DNA of 57,789 nucleotides, the filler included, from Squatina squatina (taxonomy: Eukaryota), in assembly GCA_031763465.1 (NCBI GenBank). It is 3 parts of 3 records of this genome, joined end to end, with 100 filler letters (N's around TTAATTAATTAA, not from the genome) between each part and the next. Parts side by side here need not be neighbours in the genome. Positions count along the whole stretch, not along the records: positions 1 to 27,956 come from JARFOE010000168.1; positions 28,057 to 44,194 come from JARFOE010000115.1; 1 more part is not named here. One strand, 5' to 3'. Both the position numbers and the translations under genes were made by a program. Of the stretch, positions 24,356-36,627 are shown in pieces (the first letter of the stretch is position 1; every line of letters begins with the position of its first letter). The notes under the pieces are model-generated. The model was not told the origin of the DNA and did no database searches. It worked only from the letters and a program-made list of their open reading frames with translations.

Positions 24356-24542
24356 CTGGGAGAAAAAGAGAAAATATTAGGTCAATTTGAAAACATAGAG
24401 GTCAACTTCTCATTAATTGTAAATATCTGAAACCCAAATCATGCAGCAGGGTAACACAGGCAGAGTTATTGAATAACAGATATTCAGAATCAAAACCTCA
24501 TTTAAATGTTCTCTTTTATTCACAACTGCCTTTCTAGTTTAC

Positions 24543-24637
24543 CTGTGGTGTTGAGGTAACCGAAGATCCACACTTTCAGCACGGTCTCTCGTGTTCCACG
24601 TGGCATATCACTGAATCCGTTACTCAGTCCTTTTACG
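24543..24637 (-). CDS. Mesothelin-like exon, 95 nt, phase 2-1
   Basis: TTTAG|..|GTAAAC; VKGLSNGFSDMPRGTRETVLKVWIFGYLNTT; phases fit neighbours. Confidence 0.88.
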
Positions 24638-25189
24638 CTAAATGGATAAACAAGATGTCAGATCTATAGTAATCTTTCAAGTGGTGGAGAACAATTTTAG
24701 GGTCCTTCCCTAATGATGCCCAATGATCAGGTCTGGTGCCAGTAGCTGAAAGCTGATGCCAGATCTATCCCCTGGTGATGAACCTCTCACAGGGATCAGT
24801 TATCCCTGGGATAACAGGGATAAAAAAAATCTCCTGCTTTAGGGCTTTTCTTTTTTTCTCACCAATCTTCTCCCCCTTTTCTTCAGAAGGTCTGTCTCCT
24901 TACTGCAGTACAATTCCACAGCCATGGGACACCCTCTGTTAACTCAGGCTGCTGAAGAAACTTAATGAGAGAGCTGAAGTATTTCGCTATCTGTCACCAG
25001 TCTAAAACTATGCTTGGAACTCATACAGCACACATTCGTGTCATGCAGAATTTTCCATACAGTGACTTCTTGTAGTACTTAACTGTATTCTGAATTACCA
25101 GGAGGAAAAACATGAGGCTTGGACCTAGCAATACTGACAAACTGGGCAGTCAGCCTCACTTGTTATAGAATTAAATTTAGAATTGTGAC

Positions 25190-25640
25190 ATGCAGCGCTG
25201 TCGCGTAAAAGGGGCAGGGGAAGGCCAAGCTGCCGACTCTGCCAGTGCCTAGCTGGACCACCGAGGAGCAGCGTGCTGTGGCATCAGCCCGGCGTTGCAA
25301 CAATCAATGGGCCCGCGACCAGGTCGACCATTTCTTTTAAAACTCAGAGAGCACCCCGCGAGCGGCCTAGTATGCTGGTATGCACCACTTGAAGCTGTCG
25401 CTGGCATTGCCCAGTGCAGCTTCAGGGGACTACACCGAATTTTCACTCCACTCTGGGGCGAAAATAGGTCGCTGCGCACGGTGATGATCACCGGCGTAGC
25501 GGAGCGGGCCGCTACTGGTTACCGCCGCCACTAAACACCCGTCGAATTTAGCGGGAGTCATTAGCGGCGCCCTGCCCGGGAAAAATGTCGTTTGCGCCAG
25601 TTAGCGCAGGAGATGCAAAAGACCCAAATTTCTCCCCTTA
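25190..25640. mobile_element. GC/CpG-rich non-autonomous DNA transposon fragment
   Basis: Abrupt GC-rich block in an AT-rich intron, ending in CCAAATTTCTCCCCTTA, similar to other Harbinger-type ends in the window. Confidence 0.45.
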
Positions 25641-25750
25641 GTATTAAGTGTGCTCCCTGACTATTATCAATTTAAAATGTTTTATAACGGGTTACTTTTC
25701 CAGTGGAATACGCAGCAATGGATTATTGTAAAACAGAGTCATTCACTCAC

Positions 25751-25962
25751 ACTGCTTGGTAACCATTACAGGTTATGTTTCTTGTCAGAAGGGGGCTCAG
25801 TACTGACTGAGAAATGCCAGCAATGAATGGCCTGAATCGCTCCTGGAACCATTTTCTCAGGAAAGATTCACTGGTTAAGTTTTCATTGGTCCTCACGATC
25901 TCCCACAGGGCATTCATGAACGTGATCTTTGTCATCAGAGGAATTGCTGATGTGTTCAGGGT
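25751..25962 (-). CDS. Mesothelin-like exon, 212 nt, phase 0-2
   Basis: TTTCAG|..|GTGAGT; TLNTSAIPLMTKITFMNALWEIVRTNENLTSESFLRKWFQERFRPFIAGISQSVLSPLLTRNITCNGYQA. Confidence 0.9.
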
Positions 25963-27768
25963 CTGAAACAAACCATGTATTTAAACTCAGTGAGCAAAGA
26001 GCTTCCTTTACAGGTTTCAACACTGATATTTCCCCTCACAGGAGAACTTACAAAGAAAATGGGAACATTTCCAATCCAAAATACCATGCATTGGAATCGA
26101 ACCAGTGTAGGGAACAAAACATTTTTTTTCTCACCTGGATCAGCCAAAACACCCACACCACAACAATGAATGCAATTACATTTATAAAGCACCTTTTCAA
26201 TTCCAAGGACACCCCAAAGTACTTCAAAGCCAATGAATTACTTTTTGAAACGTAGTCACTCTTGTGATGTAAAGTCAAAGCCACTAGCCCTGTACTAGGT
26301 AACAGGACATCGATAGACGCCTGCACCCCACCAACTAATACACGAGCATTCAACAGCCATGGGATTTAAAACTTCCAACGAATGAGGGTACATTGGGACT
26401 AGGGCAAAGTTGACATATTTTGACAACTTGGACAAATTTTTGGGCCCTTGGCACAAGCAGAGGGATTGACGGATACAGATTTCAACGGGCTTACCTTGAA
26501 GGTTAGAATGCAAATACAACAACAACAACAACAACAAGAACAACAGCACCATGCCTTTCATGACATTGTAAAGGAGTTAGTGATTCATCTAAGAAATGAA
26601 TAGCTGCATCTCTGACGTTCAATAAATGTGGCACCAATGGTTGGCTGCAACACAGACCATCAAGGAGGGAACGGCGGCCAACATGTTGGTGCTGTAATAT
26701 CTGAAACTAGAGTCCAGTAATCAGGAGATTTCTTAGGAGCCCAAGGAGGCTGTAGTCAATGTTGAGGGAAGCTATCTATGACTTGGTGCAGCTATAGCGG
26801 TCTGCCTTCAGAGTATTTGATGCCCTGAACACACGCTGAACTAAGAAGCTAATCTGATGACAGAAGGCCAAGACACTCAGCTCAGGAAGACCTGATATAG
26901 CATCACTGTAAAATAAATTGCAGACACTGCATGTAAATACAGGGTGCATAGTTGGGCTTATTTTAGAAACATAGAAAATAGGAGCAGGAGTAGGCCATTC
27001 GGCCCTTCGAGCCTGTTCCGCCATTCAATATGATCATGGCTNNNNNNNNNNNNNNNNNNNNNNNNNNNNNNNNNNNNNNNNNNNNNNNNNNNNNNNNNNN
27101 NNNNNNNNNNNNNNNNNNNNNNNNNNNNNNNNNNNNNNNNNTTATCTCAAATGATATACTGTTGAGCGGAATTTAAATACTCCCCGCCCAGCAGAAAACA
27201 GGTGGCCGGACAGTTGAAACAGACCCACTGCTTTTCTGGTCCATTCTGATCTTACAATGCCTGATTTTTTTGGGTGTACGAGGCGCACGCCAATATCAGG
27301 CAGGAGCCTCATTCATTTATGCAAATCGTGGTCCTATTACATCAACTGGATCTGACCACCATCTTAACTCAGAAGAGAACTGCAATGGTTGCTCTGGCAG
27401 CTACAACCAAGTCTGAAGACCGAAGAGGCCTTTCCAAGTAAGTTAAAATTATTTCCTTTGTGAGGTCAGGGGGAGCGGGATCATTCCTTCATGTACAACT
27501 GACCAGCCCGGAAGACCTTTCCCCTGTCCCTGCACCTACGATGGCTGCCTGACATTCCGCCGCTTCACACCGACTTCCCTCCAGTTTTGGGAAGGAAGTC
27601 AGTCAGCGCCATGTTAATGAAATGCTCCCAGCAGGCCAGCTACTCACAAGGCCACATTCCCACCGTTCTTTCTACTTGTTAAATGATGAAAAGTTACAGT
27701 TCGCCTTTCTAATGACACACAATTGCAGTGACATGATTCTAACAATAGAGTAAAAGGAAAATACGTAC

Positions 27769-27902
27769 CACTGTTACATTATCAGAGAAAGACTGAAGAT
27801 CAGTCAGGGACATTTGACTCAAATATAATCCCAGATATTGAGCAAACCAAGCAGTGGAGTTCAGGGCTGGATCACTTACATTATAGCATTTCGGTTTGGG
27901 AC
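27769..27902 (-). CDS. Mesothelin-like exon, 134 nt, phase 1-0
   Basis: ACAG|..|GTACGT; GPKPKCYNVSDPALNSTAWFAQYLGLYLSQMSLTDLQSFSDNVTV; near copy of 21493-21626. Confidence 0.9.
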
Positions 27903-27956
27903 CTGTTACATAAAGTGAACAACACATTGTTATGATGGAGAGAATTTTTTGAATTA

Positions 27957-28056
27957 NNNNNNNNNNNNNNNNNNNNNNNNNNNNNNNNNNNNNNNNNNNN
28001 TTAATTAATTAANNNNNNNNNNNNNNNNNNNNNNNNNNNNNNNNNNNNNNNNNNNN
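27957..28056. other. Artificial contig-joining linker
   Basis: 44 N + TTAATTAATTAA (stops in all six frames) + 44 N. Confidence 0.95.
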
Positions 28057-31000
28057 CTTGAATAAATTATGGGTCTAGAATGCTGTTGGTTCCCTGATTA
28101 TCAGGCACTTTATACTATGGAATGCAGCTGACATGGGGAGACCTGTATGTCTCCCAATTGGCTCCACTCCTCAATATAAAAGTGCCTTTAGAAAAAGATG
28201 AATGGCGTATCCATTCAACATGAAGCTGTCTCGCTGACCTTCTAAAGGTGTCTCCTGTTTGTTTCTCAAAGGTGTTAATTTTTAGCTCAGTAAAGCTGCC
28301 ACAATGTCTGATTGGCATCTGTTACAGTTAAGAGGATAACACTGCATTAATTAGAGTAGGTTTTATTATTTAGCCTGCAGTACAGTATCAGGATAGAAAT
28401 CTTATTTACATTTTTTAAAATATTGAATCTTTATGTGCATAGTTTTCTGTTTCACACCGACTGCTGAAACACTAGAGGTGAGATTCCACCACCCTTCAAT
28501 TGTATATTAAAAGCATATCCATCTGAGGAAATTTGAAATATTAAAAATTATATGTTGCATTGTTTTGGTAAAGTACTATTTGTATAATTCAGTACATTTT
28601 CAATTAACTCGAGNNNNNNNNNNTAATGCTTTTACTATTATTGTAATTTATGAAATGGAGTAAGTTTTACAAATTTGCACTTGGAGTGTACAGATTCCTG
28701 CAGTGGGAGTGGATAGGGAATTTGGGTGTGGAACTTAACAGGCCCTGCATCAGTTTCTGTCCATTCATTTACTGGGGCACACTGATCTCTGCCCCCAAAT
28801 TCCTGCAATATGCCTCATCACACAAAGCTCTAGGGCACCCAATTGGCCTTCTTATAGTCAGTGGCTATATTGGGCCATTAGGTGTAAACTTAGCGCCCAT
28901 TTTGGACCTTTATCTTAAGACACAGAATTGGCCTCTTAGAAAATCTCTTGGCATCACAAAACAAAACCTGTGTTCAAAACTGGCACTAATGGGACTAACG
29001 ACACTTTGGTTTTTCAGCTGCCCAATTGTTGGCCCGATGTAAGGAGGTGCTATCAGGTGTCAGGCCACCTCAGCCCTGAAAGGGGATCATTCACGCAATA
29101 GTAAGGAAGGACATTAGNNNNNNNNNNNNNNNNNNNNNNNNNNNNNNNNNNNNNNNNNNNNNNNNNNNNNNNNNNNNNNNNNNNNNNNNNNNNNNNNNNN
29201 NNNNNNNNNNNNNNNNNATGCACCGCGGTTACATAAGCATAGAATCAGGTGAGATGTCATAGGTTTTTTTCTTATCACAGAGGGTCATCGACCTTGGGAA
29301 TAGGTTGGTGGCTCATGCAGATTCACTGCAAACTTTCAAAGAGAAGCTGGATGAGTTTCTGGAGGAGGCACACACGCACACCCTTTCTTGCTCTATTTTC
29401 ACTTGAGATTGAAGGAACAGTCCCTGCCACTCGGCTAAGTTGCTAGGCAGGGGTTTTGAGTGGGCCTCGTGGTTTGGGTGGAAGGGTGGTGAGGGCAGCG
29501 CTTGGGAAGCCTAAACTTTCCTAGTGGGTTCCGGCGAACTACTCCTGCTCCCGCTGGTCCCATGAGGAAATAAAAAAACAAGTAGTAAGATTCTTCTGGC
29601 TCTGACTCCTCTTCCCGGCTAGGTTGACCTGGGAAGAAAGCCACAATGGCTTTCCCATTCAGGTCCATGATTGAAATAGCAGTCAGGCCCCGATGTCATC
29701 AGAGCCTGATCTGTACATGCAAAGACGGATCTCATTGGTTTCGGCAGGTGTTCATCTCACCTGCTCATTAAAGCAAGTTAAAATCAAACCCTGGAGTGCA
29801 AACAAAGGGGACCAGAGCCTTGTGTTTACTGGACACACATCTTGAACTGAATGACAGCTTTGTAAACCTATGTTTAGTGGATCTATGATGCCTGAATGCC
29901 AGGTCATTTAAACTAAGGAGTGGAATGAAGGGAGGGAGAAATGCGCATCTGCCATTGGGTGCAATAAAACAGGGACTTGTACCCATGCCTGTTGAATGAT
30001 AACTTTAAGCTGTACAAACTAGCACTACCATATTCTTGAACAGCATCTGATAAAATCATGATTCATTCTTTAGCGGCAACGATATTTGAAGCGATTGACT
30101 ACAAATACAACTAAACTGGCAGAATTTCTAACATGGTTACATAGAGGCAAAATCTGATTAAAGCAAATCACTGCAGCAATGCCTAGAGAAATGCTTTTTG
30201 TATTTTAATTTTCTCCCCATCTCCCATGAAGGGGCTCATGTGTGAATTAAACCTTAGGCACGTTTACTGCTAGAAGGTAAGGGGAAGATTAGCACCCGCA
30301 ATTACAAATGGTGGGTTCCAGATATTGGATGAGCCATCAGGGGAGGTGTTGAGCAGGGACACAGGAGGCTCAAATTTCCTTAGGGTCTATGATGTATCGG
30401 GGCATTATTGGGATGGGCGGGGCTATGAGGGTGGAAATTGAACCAGGAATTGCCTCAAATTAACAGAGAAAAAGCCAACACCAGCATTTTAAAAGAGTTT
30501 ATGATAATTCTGCCTTCTCTTGTCATATTGCTCTGCAGGTTAAATACTAAAGAGTACTTATGGAGATTAATGGAGTGTTACTCTTAATTGCAACTGATGT
30601 TACTTGGACCTCACAGCAGCTTCATTGAAGGGGAAGTTAACACCCTTGAGAATCATATCTAAGAAACCTTTCAAAGGTCAGGCAGAGAACCTCCTGTTGG
30701 CAGAACTCCTTTGCAACACGGCAACACTTTGCTGCCTGTTTCCCAGCTTCTTCATTGAGTCCAGTGACTTTACACAAGGGAGAGGTAGCATTGCTTATTT
30801 TTAGGCATGCAGGGGCATCCAAATAAGACTAGAAAACATTAACATTATGTAACAAAGAGGAGAAAAATAATATTTCAAATGTTAAAAGATAAGTACTGAG
30901 CATTTTGAATAGTAGTATTTGGACACGCTAGAAAATGATTGCACACAATCTTTAACAGTCAAACTCTTGTGCGGATATTATGCTCATGCATTTTGCTTAA

Positions 31001-34000
31001 ATGTAATCCAAGTGGCATACATAATTATATATGTCTACATGAGAGTTTTCACCCTGAGGAGAGAGCTGTCAGATCAGAGCTCTCTTGCTCATCCCAACCA
31101 TGTGGTATATATCCTGTGAGATTGCGATTTTATCACCAGTGTTAAATTGATCAAATTATAAGAGAATACACTGCAAACTAAATACTTTCTCTTTACGTGC
31201 CCAGCAAATCTCTGTGCCTCATTTGAAACATTGTGGCAGTGAAGGCAGAGAGATCAGACTTTCTTTTAAGCCCACAAGTAATAATCACTGCCTTCCAAAA
31301 GATTCTCCTTCAGTTCTTGGGAGTCATCTTTAGAACATATATCTGAAAGTTATCAGCCTTGTTTTGAACTTTTTATGTGTCTGTGGTTGACATTCCAGTT
31401 TAGCTACATCTGGTTTACGTGAGCCAGCTGATATGACAGGGCTTATACAACTGCTGCATCCAGTGACAAAGATTACTGTCACCCAGTCTCATCAGTTAAT
31501 TCATCATTGGCAATGGTCCATTCAATTTTCTGGTAACCTAGCAACATCCAATACTTGTGAAGTGTTTCAGTCATCTGGTGCTTTTACACAGTAGTTTGCA
31601 GCATACCTTTACATGGAAATCAGTAGATAATTTCAAATTTACAATTTTATGATAAACTTGGATATGCTGATTTTTTTTCCCCAACATTGAGATGAATTTA
31701 ATATCCTAGCAATGCAATTAGAAATGTGACTTTGGANNNNNNNNNNNNNNNNNNNNNNNNNNNNNNNNNNNNNNNNNNNNNNNNNNNNNNNNNNNNNNNN
31801 NNNNNNNNNNNNNNNNNNNNNNNNNNNNNNNNNNNNAAACTTTTTTTCTTAAGTGAACACATCACATACCTTCCCTCTTCACAAATTTCTAGATTGGGCC
31901 TTACGAAAAATACTTTTTTGTGCACTTCAGTTTTCTCTTCAACACAAATGATGGATAGACCTTCCAATTCAATTACAGCAAGCTAATGTCCCAATGCACT
32001 CTCAGCATAGCCATTGTCTTCACCTCATAGGCAAGACCTTTAGTTTTTGCTTTTTTCACAGAATTAAGAGTTTGAATTGCGAAATGTGAACCCAACACAT
32101 TAGAAATCATGGAATTCGATGTGATCAAAAAAAGTTATTTTATCCTATCACTGTAAAATAGTGGAACCAGTCACAAGTTTTTTTTATTCTGGGATGTTTA
32201 TTAGTTTTTGCTTACTATTTGAATTGTCACCTTTTTGGAGGCTATAACAGCTTTTCTGCAGCTGTTCATTGGCTTTTGCTGGTTTTTGAGGTTGGCGTGT
32301 ATGACTTCTATGCATAGAAAACTTCATGATACCATGTGGGATATCTCAGGATTCAGCCACATTGTTCGGTTCCCAGACATGATGCTTTGTTTACTCCACA
32401 TTAAAAGAATGACAGACTGCAAGCTATATTAAAATTAAATTACATGTATTCAGATTTGTCGTGCTACCTCTGTACATTTTAATTGTTAGGTTCATTGATG
32501 AATTAATCAAATATTGTGTGGACTGTTTTTTTTTGAAAGGAGGGAATATTAATTTTGAGCTACAGATCCTGATTGTATGTCAGTGATTGAANNNNNNNNN
32601 NTGTCATTATGATACATTCAAGATTAGTCCCCTTGGCTTTTCAGTGATTATGCTTCACAACTTGTAAGATGACTGGAAGAATATGTCTTACCTTTTATCA
32701 ATAGATTGTATATTGGCTCCCTTAATATATCAACTATCATTTGCATTACAATTTAAATGAAAATGTGGGGAAATTATTTTGGTGTTCAGAAAATTTGTAA
32801 AATTAATTTTATCCTTTGTTTGGTCAGTTTTGGTAACTATAGACTAGAAATTATTGCTGGTGATATTAGTGAGTGAAAGCTTAACACATTTCTATGATAT
32901 TCTTTTGTCTCGTATTTTAATTCTGGCATTATCCCAATTATTTTAAATGAGTTAATACCTTCACTAAAACAGTGAACAGAAGAATGTCATATCAACATGT
33001 CTGCTAATGTCGGCAACTGCAATTTCTAGCCTGAAAGTATAACTCAGACATGTCAAACAGAAAAAAAAACTTGCTTTATAATCTCTAGCTATTTTACACA
33101 TTAGTCTGAGTGATTACACATGNNNNNNNNNNNNNNNNNNNNNNNNNNNNNNNNNNNNNNNNNNNNNNNNNNNNNNNNNNNNNNNNNNNNNNNNNNNNNN
33201 NNNNNNNNNNNNNNNNNNNNNNCCTCCTCAACTTCTCCCCTCTGTTCTCTCTGTTGAAGCAGCAGTCGATCCCTGTACCTCAGGTATCGCATGTGGTGAT
33301 GGTGCAGTTCCCAGTCAACTGCCAGTATAGCTCCCATTATCGATGAGTGCAAAAGGGAAATGAAATTTTTAAGTAGCAGACCACGTGATAGAAGCGACTT
33401 TGAAGCATTTGAAGCTCTGCAAACGGCAACAAACAGATTGCAGCAATGAGGCAGCGATTTCTGCCATCAAAATGGATGCCCCTCACAGCAGCTGAAATAG
33501 CGCTCATATTTATACTCATATCGGGTGTCACCGCCCCAAAAAAGCAGGCGGTGTCATCACCTGTTTTGCGCCAGAAGAATTGAGGCCAATTCTTTGTCAG
33601 GCAGCCATTTTGGGCGTTGCGCCCTCTGAGGACGTCACAGGCTGTTTTGCACCTAGCGCTACATTTCCAGGACTCCTGTGTTAGCGCCCATTTAGCACCG
33701 GTGCTAAACTGAGGCCAATTGTGCAAAATTCAATTTAGCGCCAAAGACAGGCATTGGATCCCTAATGCCCATTCTATGCCCATTTAGTGCCAGCGCCGGA
33801 GTGCCAATTGGGCGCCCTTGAACTTTTGTTGGGAAAGTTCTAATCATTTTTCTCATCAGAAGAGAAGGCTGTTTTGTTTGTAAATGAAATCAAAGATGGA
33901 GACAGATGGAGTAAAACAATAACTAAGATTTATTTATGCTGGAGAGTAATGCACAAACTGATTAACAGAAATATATAAAAAAAATCAGAAAGCAATTGTG

Positions 34001-34436
34001 TAAAATTGCATTTGGAGTAGGGCTAAATCGACTGATAATTTAAGTCTGCGGTAAACCAGCAATGAGCTGCACTATATTCATTCATTGGTTGGGTAAATCA
34101 CTGTTATAATCAATAGCTCGTTTTACTCCATTCCCTGCTCTTGGTTGGTCCTGATCAATATTTCTACTTTCTTTTAGTTCCTGGTGAGTTATTGGTCAAT
34201 AGCATCTGAGTAAGTCGCTGATAACTGATTGGTTGAAGGGATTCAAAATACCTGGTTGAGTATGGGTTGGGTGTGGCAAGATAAGGAGGATGTGAGGGCA
34301 CAGAGGTGACAGTGCACTGGAACTGGGCTCATAGAAGTTAAGAGTGTCTGGAAGAAATGCATTATTTCATTATACAAAGGTAATAATATTTTTTAAATAA
34401 CCAATTTTTTTTGTAATAGCACATATAATTAACCTC

Positions 34437-34790
34437 AAGTCCCTGATGGCTTAGTGAGTTTATCCAGTGGGTAGAAAGAAGGCCCGATGTTTGATTCCCC
34501 AGTCTGTGCTGAGTTAGTTGGTCTCAGCTGGGATAGCAGTAGGGCAGTGCGACAACTGTCCTCAGTGCCCGTGGGTTGGTGAGAGTTCTGACTGCTAATC
34601 ACTCTCGAGCAACTCTTGCTGGAACTGAGCATACAAAGAGGTTGGGTAAGGATGGGATCAGGCGCTGCTGTGATGCCTTGCATTCAACATTCGCTGAAAA
34701 GGCTCACACATGAAGAATGGCCACTTGGGTAAAGTAGCAGAGGGCACGTGGCACTCATAGAACCAATTCCCAGCAATGAGTGAACAGAGG
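34437..34790 (+). mobile_element. Degenerate SINE-like repeat
   Basis: A-box-like TGGCTTAGTGA and B-box-like GTTTGATTCC, followed by GTCTGTGCTGAGTTAG. Confidence 0.45.
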
Positions 34791-35738
34791 TATACAAGTA
34801 AATAATTAACCATTCAGATTCTTACTAGGTGGCCTGAGCGGGAAATAGCAATGAGTTTCCTGTCAATTCAAATTATTATAAAAATGAGTATTTTCCCAAT
34901 TCAAATATAAAAAATGACAGCTTTATTTCCATGTATGTGGGGAACCTAAAGCTTGGAAGATAAAGAAGTATAAATGAGAGCTATTGAATAACTAGGTTCG
35001 TGGAGATAGTCAGTATCCATTCAACATTCACCAATCCAGACTCGATCAGATAAGCACTATATGTGCCACATTATTCCCTGACACCCAAACATTGTGAAAG
35101 AACTCTCAGATCAGTACTGCTAATTCTATTTCAGTAGTTCTCTGGCCCCGATTTTAACTGCAGCCTAGTTTTCGGTGGGTGAGTTTTGGTGTCTGTTCAC
35201 CAATACATTGGATATTTTTAACTCTGTTCCAGGTAGGAAGTCAGTGAGAAGTGGCAGCCATTTGTGCGGCCTAGTGGCCACCTACTGAGACCAGGTAAGC
35301 GTTGGGATCAGCTGCTGGGCTGTTCCGTGGGGATCCCCGTGATCAGGAGGGAGAGGGGACAGAATAACGGCAGGGGAGGCTTTCCATGTGGGGTTCAGGG
35401 CATTACTCCTGCTATTCCTGGTTCCGCAAGGGAGATTAAAAAAAACAACTTAGAACTTACCATTTTATGTCCCTTCTGGAGCAATCCATTTCCTCACTGG
35501 GTTGGCCTGATGGGAAACTCACTGCCACTTCTCTCTCACGCCTCAGAGTCTCAAAAATCTGAAGGGGGATTTGAACCCATAACACTGTGATCTAGAAGGC
35601 AAGATTGCTCCCACTGAGTCAAGGCACCATCTAAGTGTTCCATTGTGTAACTTCAAAGCCCTGGAGTTTGTTCAGGAGGGTAAGTAATCAGCTTGGATTT
35701 ATGATCATAAAAGGGGTACATTTAAAACTAGGCAATGA

Positions 35739-35933
<195 letters not shown>

Positions 35934-36199
35934 TGAGGTGTACCATGGACATCTTAATTTCACTTGCTGTTCCCCACCTGCTAGCATTGTTTTAGACAAT
36001 CTTCTCCCCTTTTTCCCCCTTCTCTCTTGGGGAATGCTGTCACGGGCGTTGCTCGCCTTGCAGTACCTCTCTCAACTGGCCGCTCTTCATTATTGAGCCT
36101 AAAGAGTGAGTCCACTATGGGGAGGCGGAAGCATCCGAGCTGAGCCCAGTTCTGTCCTCGCCTGATATCCATGCAAGTATTCTTTCCAGTGAGCAGGAA

Positions 36200-36627
36200 A
36201 GAAAGAACTTGCTTTTATTCAGCACCTTTCACATCCTCAGGATATCCCAAAGTGCATGGAAACCAATGGATTACCTTTTGAAGTGCAGCCACTGTTGTTA
36301 TGTCAGCAAACACGGCAGACATTTTGCACACAGCAAGGTCCATGAACGGCCAGATAATCTGTCTTTGGTGGTGCTTGTTGAAGGAGGAATGTTGGCCAGG
36401 AGAACATTCAAAGAGGCCTTTCCTGTTATTCAAATGGTGCTCTTCTGCATCCGCCTGCCAGCTGACTTGGCCTCGTTTAACTATCTGATACAAAAGATGG
36501 CATCTCTGACAATGCAGCACTCCCTCAATACTACACTGAAGTCCTAGATTATGTGTTGAAGACTGTAGTGGGGATTGGACCCACTACCTTCTGACCCAGA
36601 GGTGAAAGCCCAACCAACTAAGCTAAC
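36200..36627 (-). mobile_element. tRNA-derived SINE, same family as 50601-50860
   Basis: Shares head and tail motifs with the 50601 copy in reverse orientation; other fragments near 680, 11050, 14640-14870, 26170 and 55155. Confidence 0.7.

Larger units (their letters stand above)
262..27902 (-). other. Span of a large multi-exon mesothelin-family gene, partial at both ends
   Basis: 31 exons traced by eye. Central exons follow the mesothelin order of motifs (LQGFSC, LDCM..LPVDVLLFF, LGVLVCDL, WSSSTIHDLGNL, YPNGLPENQIQ, WNITQVETL, LDLSVC, GGAPADDL, MDFATF, GGIP). Upstream exons resemble the N-terminal repeats recalled from fish mslna-like proteins. Orthology is not established. Confidence 0.9.

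Noticed and set aside
24797-24822. AGTTATCCCTGGGATAACAGGG resembles mitochondrial 16S rRNA and the I-SceI site
   Set aside because: Only about 20 nt with mismatches and no extended flanking similarity; a short palindrome is enough to explain it
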